From: Bugula neritina
Taxonomy: Eukaryota; Animalia; Bryozoa
Direction: 5' to 3'
NCBI GenBank assembly: GCA_964035545.1
Contig: OZ037765.1
Span: 4,784,698-4,848,697, forward strand
Length of the DNA stretch: 64,000 nt
The notes under the pieces were generated by a model. That model was not told the origin of the DNA and searched no databases. It saw only the letters and a list, made by a program, of their open reading frames with translations. Every line of letters begins with the position of its first letter. Within the stretch, counting starts at the first letter, position 1. This document shows, piece after piece, positions 20,401 to 32,400 of the stretch. The translations under genes were made by a program, and so were the position numbers.

Positions 20401-23400
20401 AACACAAAGGCAGCGGTGGATTTATGCTTAGTGTGGCAATATGTCTGTAAAATTGTATACCCTAATGGCTTTTGCAAATAATGATTGAGCTAAATGAAAT
20501 ATTATAACAGGTTGAATTGCTTTGTGGTTACGTTGGTGGCTATCAATAAATTGGCAGCAAAGTGTCAGTAAGCTAACTAACGGAACTCAATTTATGAAAT
20601 TTTATTATTATTATCAAGGACACTACAATAAGAACAGTACAGCAGCCAAAAACTGTTCAAGTAGCAACATTTTTATGATTTCAATCTGGGTTTTTTGGAT
20701 TATAAATAGCTGCTATATGAAATATACCTATATGAAATGGTTGACTAGCTGAATTTGTGGTTCCCTGTCACTTTAAAGTGCCTTTGAAAATAGAAAATGC
20801 TGAAAAAATGTTATTAAATAATCTAATAATGGCCGAAAGTCTTTGTAGCAAGTAAAAAATACAACAAAACTAATGTCAAAAGCTAAAAGGAAATTTTATG
20901 ATAAACTCCAACAGCTCAAATGTTAGGTGACTTTAAAGTTCATCGAGTAATGTTTTTCTTTGTATTTCTCAGTCAGTTTGGGTAACTTATTAAAAATTAC
21001 TGTTTTCAGCTGGTCATTTTTTTCAAAAGTCATAAAATATTTTTTAAAACTATCTAGCCAAGTACTTTCTACCTGCAGCGCATTCGGAGGTTGCCAGATT
21101 ATAACTGCTCATTGGGGTAAAACTGTGTCTGCCCCAGTAAACCTACAATTATCCTAATGCTTGTGTACTGTTCTATTAATAGCCAGGTGCTTTTTCTTAT
21201 ATTATATCAAGTATAATAATCAGCTACTAATGCATGCTTTCCTATTAATAGCCATTGCTATCTTACTGATTATGTAAACTTGACTGTAAGCCTAGGGCCA
21301 CACTGTGCGTATTTTCGCATGCGAAAATTAAAATCACGAGTAGCAAAGGTGTCCACTGTAGCGTCAGTGATGCGTGATAAATAAAGCTTTCATTTTTAAA
21401 TCGCACTCGCTTTCAATAAAACGCAATTTACTGGAATATAGCACTAAATAAAGGAATTGGGCTCGCTAAATAGCTACCAGCCAATTAGGTGACGACGACA
21501 GAGACGATTCGCACTTGCATTGAAAATGCAGAGCGACAAGTGCGAAGGTTTTCTCAACGCGCACAGTGGACACCTTTGCTACTTGTGATTTCAATTTTCG
21601 CATGCGAAAATACGCGCCGTGTGGCCCTAGGCTTACTCTATGCGTATTTCTGATTATATAATTTATATGAGGTGGGATTCCATTGAGAAATGTAGGTAAC
21701 TTGTAGCAAACATAATCCTGCAACACTCACCACGGTGCTTCTGGTGTGAGGCAGCTATAAAGAATTGGTCATTTCAAATATTGCATTTACTATTTCATTA
21801 TTTTGCATAAAATAGTTACAACTTCTAAACTTTATTCTGTGCAGTGCAGCCGTAAGCCTGTAACCAACCATTTTCTGATCATAGCACAAAAAATAAAAAT
21901 AAACTTATATTGAACTGGTTCCAAAAGTATGAACCAGTTATATAGGCCAAATTTATACCTGAACTTATATTTACTACCATCCAATTTTTGTGGGAGCCTG
22001 GTAACAGTGTAAGTAAATTGAAACTTGAATGTAAACTTGGCTGCAACCTGTCAAAAGGTTATTGTTGATTAGTTTATAAAATATTACTATTTACTCAAAT
22101 GAACCGATGTTACGTAATATTGTAAGAAAATACTTCTAATTTTTGTTGCTTCAAACCTATCATAGGATAATGCAGCAATAACCTCCAAAGCGTAGTAAAA
22201 CTTTTAAGAGTAACTTACTTAAATGTGAAGCAGTAACAATTATAGCAGTAATTAGCTCAAGTAAAATAGTAATTGCCTTAAAATTATTCAGAGAGCTATT
22301 TTTGGACAGAGTTTCTCTTTTAAATTATGATATTCTAAGATTATACTCTATGTAAGAACATACAATACTTTGACTGTCTAAGTCAGGCTGTTGAACATTT
22401 ATATGTAAAATTATTTTGCTATGTATATGAATTGTAGAAGGGAAAACACTTACTGTAAGTAATGCTTTATATCTACAGTGCTATAAAGAAACATGCAGTT
22501 ATTGGGACACCATTGTTGCATGGTTAATGTAGGAATTTGGGGTTAACTAACTTGAAAAACCTGATGCTGTAGCCACAAGCTCAAACTGAATTTTACAATT
22601 TGTGGCCTTCTCAACAGAATATTCTACTTCTTTAGCCCTTGCTCTGAAAAGCTTGGACACTCTTGATCTAAGCCTAAGGTATTTTATTACTTTCCAAGAC
22701 TGGCTTTGGCAAAAAAATTGTTTAGCTTTACATATTGGCCCTCTAGATATTCAGGTTAGTTAAAAGATAGTTGTCAAAAAACTATTTTTGCTTAGGTATA
22801 GTAAGTGTAACCTAAAATTTAAAGGCATTCTACTACACATGTATAAATTAATTATGCAAAACACTAAATTTTGACGTTGAATTTTGCAATTATAGTTTAA
22901 TGGAGAAAAATTATTTAAGGATTACCCTAGTTTTATCAGACTAACTAATATTATTTTAGTGTTCTATTTTACTTATAGTCATTATTAACTGTAGCTTATG
23001 TATTTAAAATTACTAATAATTTCTGGAATTGCTTCTCCTGTGATTATCTCGTAAGTTTCAAGTGACACAAACCAAACCCATATTGTTTTGCTCATATAAC
23101 TAAGTTCTATAAGTTCTATATAGCTAGTTTTATAAGTATGAATTATTCATTTTATTAACTTCAGAAATATTTTTTGTTACATCTCTACAAGATTGAAATT
23201 AAGATAAGAATCTTATAGCTGCCACAATATGAAGTAGGTGCAGTAATGGAGATATTGGAAACCACATATAATAATTTACTATACACTACACAACTATACA
23301 ACCATTAAAATCTAACAATTCTACAAAGTATTAGGAAATACTAACGCAGCTTTGTCTAACACTGTCAACAAATACATAACACTAGTCAGTCCTTGTCTAA

Positions 23401-26400
23401 CAGCTGTATCTTTAGCTTTCTAGGCTTCTAAATATGTTGGTAGTCACCAGGGCTCATCTAACAAAAGCTAAGAGCTTCTAATAAAATCTTATTAAAAGAG
23501 AATTTTTTGTAAAAATCTCCATTTCGGTGCCTAACTGCACAACTTGTTTCACTCCTATACTGATAGTCCTACTTATGAATGAAGAATGGATAACTAAACC
23601 TAGGCACCCACCCAGCATTTATTATTACTCTTGGTGTCATCGCAGTTATCCAATCAGATTTGATAAACTGGGTTGAGCTTAGTAGTTTGACCCGAATAGA
23701 CTGGCACATACTCAACTATTGTGACGTGTACACAAATACTAGTGAGTCAGAATCAGGCGCAAAAGCAAGACAGTAATAGGGGTATGAGAGAGAATAATAA
23801 GCATAAGAGAATGAATAATGACTATAACAGAGCAAATAATAGGGGTATGAGAGTGCATAATGGAGGTATGGGACTGAATAATGAGCATAAAAGGAAGAGA
23901 AATAAGGGTATGGGAATGAATAATGACAGTGTGAGACCAAATAATAGACCTAAGAGCACAAATAATAAGGGTATGACAGCAAATTATAGACCTGTGAGAG
24001 TGTTTTGTGAGCATATGAGAGAGAATAATGGTTAGATACTTTATTATAAGCATATGAGATGCAATAATAAGGGAATTTTTGACCATTTGGCACTCCATAC
24101 ATTATCAGCATAAACTTTCTAATGCCCATCACCTTTCTTTCTTGGCCTTCACTCTATTTTATTGCTTTTAGTATAAAACATTGATTTCACAAAAATGAAA
24201 AATGATGATACCTGAATGTAAGGTTTATGCGCTTCCAACTGAAGTTTAGAGAACTCAGGCAATGTTTCAGAACCTGGCTGTTCAGCAAACGCTGACGACG
24301 GTTCAAAATTCGTGGCGGTTTTAGAAAGAGTTGAATCTTTAGAGAGCGTTGAGTTTGCAGATTTTGACAAAATAAACTTTGAAGGCAGCGATGACTTGGC
24401 TAATATAGTTGATTGTATTGATGATAGATCGAGGGCAGATATATTCACAGGTACATAATCCAGAGGGTATTTGCCTAAAGCGTTGGGTAGGTAGGCTTGA
24501 AATGGGCCCAAGTGTCTTACAACTTCGGGCAGTTGCTCAGCCTCCCCTTTCGAGTCTTTGGACTTAGACTTCTTATCAGCCTTCCCACTTTTATCAGTTT
24601 TATGTTTCTTATCCTTACGATTGCTCTTATCCGGCTTCTCTCCTTTCTCCTTACAACTCGAGAATATGCACAATAATTTACTTTTCTTCTCCGACTTCAT
24701 AATATTAAGGCAACGAGAAAGCTTCTAGCTACGGCACCACTGGAAGTGGAAGGTTCAACACTATATCTGAGGCCACTTCACTTGCTACATTACTGCCATG
24801 TTCATCGTCAACACTGCGCAAAAAGCTGAATGACGAAGAGTTGGGTGAGCTATCCATGCGTGCGACATATCTATGTTGCCCGTGGCAACCAACCATAAAT
24901 CTACGCACAATTTCACTGATGACAACCTTTAAATATAGAGTTTGCACACTTCAGTGGTTAGTGCACAACTACTGGACCTGAACCGTATGGCTCGGATGCA
25001 AGCTGCGTATCGGCACCTTATTTCATTATAAATGCTCTGTGCAAATAACTTTTTCCTCGAATATGTTGCATTACGAGATATTGCAACTAGCTGGTTAATA
25101 GCTCCTAAAGAGGTGATATGCTTTTACACCTTGTAGCTATATAGACCATATGAAATAAGACACCAATAATTTGTATTAAAATAGTTAAAGATATAAATGT
25201 GGATATAGGAAGAGTAGATAACTCCATACATACATATATTGATCACATGATACTGCACACTCACCACACAATACAACACATGTGCGTTACTCACCATCCC
25301 AGACTGGCTGTAGTTTCTACCACCAGGTCCTCGGCCGCCATACTGCCCGCTGCCGAGAAGGTCATCATCAGCACCACTTCTCTGCCTGCCATGCCTCTCC
25401 ATGTCATCCTGACTCTGTCCGTACCCAGCCAGAGGTCTCCCAAACTCGTCATAACCTTCTTTTCCAGCGTATGCTTCTCCACCCATTCCAGGATATCCGA
25501 GATCTCCTGAGCGCCCGTAGCGGGCATCACCTTTCTTAGCAAATCTGGGATCACCGAGCTGAGCATACTGAGGCTCTGCATCCTGACCATAGCGGAGGTC
25601 TCCGCCTTGAGCATAGCGGGGGTCTCCCTCCTGCCCGTAGCGAGGGTCTACACCCTGACCATAGCGGGGGTCTCCCTCCTGCCCGTATTGAGGCTGACCA
25701 TAGCGAGTATCTCCGGGCTGGCCGTACACAGGCACGCTCAGCTCAGCTACAAACCTGGGGTCTCCTTTCTGTCCATACCCTGGCACATTCATCTCTGAGG
25801 TGTAGGCACCTGGGGCGTCACTTTCTCCACCACCATAGCCGTCACGTCCTGGAGCACCCTATAGTGTGCGATAAGTTATCATAAAGAAGCCAAGTCTATC
25901 GAATGAGATTTAATTACAACTGCTGCAGTAGTAGAGCAGGCTAACACTAAACCAGCATCTCAACACAAATAGAACAGGGTGACTATAACTTGAAGGTGAA
26001 TAGACACCATAAAGTGACCTTCACCTTGTACGGCTGAGCACCATAGCCGAGCTCAGAGAACTTGGCGGGTGGAACTCCTTGGTGAGAGCCGGCAGCACTC
26101 TGTGCCTGCTGATCCAGATACTCGAAGGGCTGCTGGTAGGCATCATGTGGAGGTCTGTTCCCATAGGCAGCTGAGCCGGGGGCAGCGGCGTACTGTGGAT
26201 AAACATTATATTATACAGTGTAGAAGAATGTAAAAATAATAGCATTTATACATAGAATGAATGTATTTATCCATAATAAAACAAGACACAACAAAGAATA
26301 TAACTTGGGAAGAGGATAAAGACTAGTTGACCTCGTAGAAAGGTCACCAACCCTCTCTCTCGATTACGGAAGTTGAACTACACGAGCAGGAAATGTCTAT

Positions 26401-29400
26401 TTTTAGTAGTGCAAGTATAGAGATACAGCCTACCTCCTCCCCGGGATAAGCTCCCGGCATTTGACCTTGAGATCCGCTGCCCTGTCTGTCAGCGTACTCC
26501 TCGCCAGCATGCTGCGGGCCGTCACCAACCCTCCCGGCTCCAGCGACACCAGGCTTAGGTTTAGGTTTCGGAGCCGGTTTACTGGGAACAGTCGGTTTGT
26601 CTGTTGATTGAAAACATAGAAGTGAGGCTACATTTTAATGTTTAAGAGAAAATAATTTGACGAATTAATAGAAAAACATGATGATTAGATTGACCAGGCA
26701 TGAGCGTGACATGATGGTCTTGACCTGCACTAAAATAGAGAAGATTTGCACATTCCACATTCCTAGAGTATGACTAAATGGTCCACGAGGAGTGGTTGTT
26801 ATGGTTGTATATGGCATGCTTATTACTAACCAACACACCGGAGAGTAATAAATTAACATTTAATGACACATTAGCAAGGTATGCAATTCTATGGTTCATT
26901 ACCACAATGCAATTTACATGAATACGATACGTAGCCATGCGAAACTTCTCAGGGTGAAGAAAAGTGAGAGTATAATATACAGAAGAGATAATGGTAGAGC
27001 AGCCTAAACTCATGGCGGAATACAACGAGTGTAAGCGTGCAGAGGTGGGTGGGTATACCACCACAAAACATCTTTACTATCAGCTAATCAGTATAAGGAA
27101 GGAATATGAAGCTAGCAATACTGATACTTTAGATGCAGAGACTGTACAATTTAAGAAGGCGGACTGACTTAACAAAATTCATATTACAAGTCACAATACT
27201 GGATACAAAGATGAAGGCGTATTGGCAATCGTATGCATAAATTATCTCTGCATTACGTAAACAGATTCCGACTATTCTGGCACAGAGTTACGCCTCAATA
27301 ATGAACAAACTGAGGGGGTGCTTTCTCCTCGCCCGCACACTTACCAAGTCTAAGCCTAATATAAGAGCTAATAAAACTGTGTTCTTGTAAGTTATAAAAT
27401 GACGTAACGTATGCATAGAGTTACTTCAAGAAAAAGAGATTAGAAGAATTAGAAGACATCCTTTGTCTTCAACCTACATATTTAATAACACCAACTAAAA
27501 CAGTTTAGTAAAAACGTAGTTGTGAAAATGCTCTGTGATTACAATTTTTTCAGTTTATTATGCTGCCATTATCGCTGCTGCCAGTGAGACTGAGAGTGAT
27601 GAAGCTATGGCAACACATTTGAGTAATCAACAAGCTGTGTGGACACGGCAATGCCGCAGCTGTAGTCCACTGGGCACGTGCGAACAACGATTACAGATAC
27701 AGTTCACATTTCGCACAAGCATGAAGACAAACCTTTGGGTTTGGGAGCCACTCCTGGTTTGTTCTTGGAGGGGACAGTAACCTGTTCTATCTCCACTCCT
27801 GTCATAGCGGCTTGTTTAGCAGAGGGTCTGGGCTCGGCAGACATTGTGTCTGTGAGTCTCACATCGCCCATACCTGTTGCAGTAGAAAACCATATAGAAC
27901 CTGGGCTAAATAATTCTACACATCACAAGCTATATGAGAGTTCACAGTGTATGGAGCATTTTTGAGAGTTGAGAAAAGGCTGAAATGGCTTCAGAATTAC
28001 TTAAAAAGTCATCTATCGTTGGTCTATCAAATTATATGCTAAAGATGCTACAAAAAACTGTTGTAGTAAACGATAATCCAGCGAATCACATGCTTAAAGT
28101 GCATTCCCGGTTCCCATAGCAATAAAATAACACCAGCATACAAAACAGTGAACAAAGAGACAGGAGATATAGAGCATTGGATAGAGTGTGGTAACTAATG
28201 TCTACTAAGTGACGTAATGGAGTCGGTGTGATACCCACCAGTAGAGAGCTGATAGAGAAAACCTAGCACACAACAACACAGTGTACAGTCACAAATTTTC
28301 ACAGATGCCCAATGAACAGGCAGGATACAAAATACATTGTCCAATGAGCAACGGCAGACACACAGCATCTTACACTGATAACGCAGGTTTACGATAAAAC
28401 TCATTTGAGAAAACATAGATTACCCAATGAACACGTGCATAAAGATTGTCCAATGACAACACACGGTACATAAATAATATGGCTAGTCCATTAGAAAGAC
28501 GGATGCATACAGAGAGAGAGAGAGTGAGCATACCTCTAGCCAGTTGCTCCAGCGACATATTAGGTCTATTGAAAGGCTCCTTCATACCGTGCACATTGTA
28601 ACACTCCCTGTACTCGGGTGCGTTGTATGGAGCACCAGCAGTGGCGTCTCCCTTGTTCGGTTTGACTAGCAGGTACTGGCACACGTGTGTGTACGTGTTG
28701 CCGTCCCTGGCCGGGTCATTGGCATAGATCTCTAGAGCATATTCTCCATTAACTGGCAGGTCAATGTCAACTCTGTGAAACATTTATTAGTAACTTTATT
28801 GAAAGTGGCTAAAAGAGCAAAGGACAAGAAACCAAGAAGTGAGAGAGAGATGAGTTTGTGGTAGACTTGTGAATTTATCAAAATGATAGAAAGTAAAATA
28901 ATTTACAAATAAACTTTAGATTGTCCATATTTTATGTTCGACTGAAATTACAAAAAGTATTTCCTGTAAAATGTGCAGTAGACTTGTGAATTGATCACTA
29001 TGATATAAAATAAAAAACATTTACATAATTACCATCTATATATATAAATGACAAAAATATTCCCTTTATTTATTATATTTTTTAAACATGAGTCAGAGTT
29101 GTCCCCTCCCTACGGGTACAGAATACCGCTGCTAACCTGCTAACAAACTCGTTGTCATCCTGTTTGATAGCCTGCTCACACTGCTTCTCGTTGGCATAGA
29201 CAGACATCAGCTTAGGCAGCACTCTCATTGGCTTAACCTTCTCAAAGTCCAGTTCTATATGTCCATCAGGGGCCACGATGACAGCATTTCTGTTGTTGGG
29301 AATGAGACCGGCCTGGTAGACGTCAGCACCTGTACAGACGCGAATACATATTCAGAGAGCTTTAGACACCAACACACATGCATGTGTGTACAAACTGTTG

Positions 29401-32400
29401 CGGATGTACATGCAAAGATGAACCAGAATGCAACAGTCGAACTACTCGTATACATTGAAACTCTCATACCACAAATACAGATCTACAACATCTTTATATT
29501 TTCAATAGCAAAATACAAAAAATGCACAAATTGAAGAATTAGGCTACCTGGACCCCAGTTAGTGTCAGAAACAAATGGATAGGGTTCGGCGTTGGGGTAC
29601 GGAGTCTCACAGATGATCTTGTATTCACACACAGCATTGTAGACATTCTCATCCTGAAATCTTCTCTTTATCTGTTCATAGAAACACAGTATACAGTAAG
29701 TAGTTAGTGTGAGTAAAGAATTAGTGAGTAGAGAATTAGTGTGAGTAGAAAGTTAGAGTGAGTAGAAAGTCAGAGTGAGTAGAGAGTTAGTGTGAGTAGA
29801 TAGTTGGTAGAGAGCGAGTATTGAGTATAGAGTTAGTGTGAGTATAGAGTGCAAGGGAATAGTTTCATAGTACTATAACAAAGTAAATAAAAATCAAGTG
29901 ACAGTACATAGTAGTAGTACATATATTACAGTAACTGACAAAACAAGACAATAACATAATAGAATGTTGGGTGAAACTCTACTGTACATTACTACAGCCT
30001 GCTATTACAGTCATATATCATAGTATGTCATGCACTAATCACTTGACTCCGGAAGATATTGACATGTATACATTACAATCGACAGGAGCGCCAGGTGCTC
30101 TTATTACTAGTGACAAGCTGGCTGATTGCATTTCATATGATGTATAATTAATGACTGGTACAGACAGCGGCATGTAAAAAATATAGTTAACTACAGAGTG
30201 AGATGAAAAGACAACTCCTCAAACATAGAATATATGCATAACTTGGCCAATTATGGTATAGACAACTATAACAGAATTACTTGAACTATAAATAGTAATA
30301 AGCCAACCAAACTGTATTAAAGTCAACTTTTATTTAACTATTCAACAAACTACACTTCAGTATGTCTATAGTTAATAACCACCCATGATACTCCTTAGTA
30401 ATGTGGGGATAACTACGATGAGAAATGACAAGTGCTGTCTACAAATACCATGTGAGGTAAAAGACTGGTGGTGTAGGGCCAACGCTGACTTTGTACCAAC
30501 AGGTTAAAAGGTCAGAACATTGAGGAAAGTTTTCCCATTGAATAGCTAAAAGGAACTGACCTGGGTAGAGTAGACAGTGAGGTAGTAGAAGCCTTTGACA
30601 GGAGCTCTAACAAACAGGTTCACCTGGCCATCACGTGTCTCCTGAATGCCGTACCTGGTAAGTTTTACACCTATAATAACACATAACATAACATAGAGCA
30701 TTGGGCCTCTTGCTACTATACAAATAATAATAACTCATTTTTAATCAAGTGGATAAAAAACAACTGCACATTGGCTAACTGCTCCAATCACAGCCAATCA
30801 CACACAGGATAACATTGACTAACCTCCTAGCTCATCCTTGCAGCTTTCTCCATACAGCAGCTTAAAGGTGAAGGACAGGGGATTAAAATTCCCAAGAGAA
30901 ATGCTGGCACAGCCATTCTGGGTGGCGATAACTCCGCTATGGTGACTCAGAAATCTCAAGTCATTCTTGAAGAATGCACTTTTAGTAACAGGCAGGTCCT
31001 CAAAGTCGTACATGCTGTGATAAAAACTGCGTATTGTAATAAAAACACAAAAGTCAAAGTATATAATAAATACTGCACATCTACAAGACTGTTGCAACTG
31101 AAAAAGAATATAGAGTTGTCTCCTCACTGGAACAGAATATTGCCAAGAAAACCCAATCAAATAATCAATACACTTAGTAAACCATAAAATAACACAAAAT
31201 TACGACGAAATGTTGTAACAGGAAGCTGTTTAAAGAGACATATATCTAATGTGCAACATATTGTTCTCTGATTGGTGAGGTGTGTTAATCACTACTATCC
31301 TTGGAAATATATTAACAAATAACGTAATTTAATTGTATGAAAGCAAAACTCTTCCCCTATATGTTCCCCAAAGAAGCAATTAAATTTTATTGATAGAAAA
31401 TGTGGTAGCAGGAGTAACATGTTATTCTATTTTCGGGAGTAACTTCCCCTAGTGGGTTTCAGGTTTATAGATTTTTATGTATTCTTCAATATTGAAATCT
31501 ACCCTAAGACTAAATCTAACTGTATGCATTTCAGTCATAGATTCTGTTAATGAAGATGGCACGACTCTAACATCTTTATTAAAATATATTTCTAATGCCA
31601 AGTCCAAAATAATAGAATGTAGTAATGGAACCACGAACTACTACAGCCATGAGCACATGCATTAGGCGTGTCTTTATAAATCACTCAATACCATCAGTTT
31701 TACTGGTATTTGATAACTGCACTGAATCAGAATCTGCTATCTCCATTACATATGAGTAATATTTTAGTGCCCTAGTTAAACCAATTCTTGGTACAGCTAG
31801 TGTTTGTAGAGTGTAGCCAATGGCATGCCACTTTAGATGACACATAGTATGCTATCTATACAATGACTGGCTGTTACACTAAGACCTAAGTAAATAGCAG
31901 AGCAAATCATAAACCGTGTAATGAGATATGTTGTAATGGCAGTGACACCATTTCAAAGGTTATAATCCTATGCTGATGATAGACAACAAGTTGTAGCTAG
32001 TACATTACTAGGAGGTCAGCTGGTATATTACTAGCTAGTGTCTAACTTGAGAATGTAATAAACTACACGCATTCTAACCTTGTATTATATAAATATCATA
32101 ATCAACTTTAACTTGGATAGCTCAAGTAGAAAAACTGATGAATATTTACTTATTCAATGTTGCAATAAACTGCCAATTCAAAAATATATTCTAATGAAAT
32201 TGTTTCTTATCTAAACTATTCATATCTAACACTCTGTTTAGGGGTTAGAGCGCTGGCTTAGTAAACACGAGGTCAGTATTTCAATTCCCAGTGAAGGCCT
32301 TTCATATCTACCACGTGTACAACACAGTTTAGTGAGATGGTTGTGACGGCAACCCAAGCCGACTGGAACACAGAGAGAGAGAACCTGAGCTAAGAACCAA

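Noticed and set aside
19500-23540. Transposase ORF inside the foldback element
   Set aside because: No long ORF or DDE/THAP motif recognisable by eye.
18954-24132. Mirror-image ORF sets at 18954-19330 and 23716-24132
   Set aside because: Translations of the 21-bp array in the two TIR arms; no domain or splice context.
25500-25775. GDPRYG / PRF repeats as an RYamide/RFamide neuropeptide precursor
   Set aside because: No dibasic cleavage sites after the Gly and no signal peptide; this is an internal exon of an apparently cytoplasmic protein.
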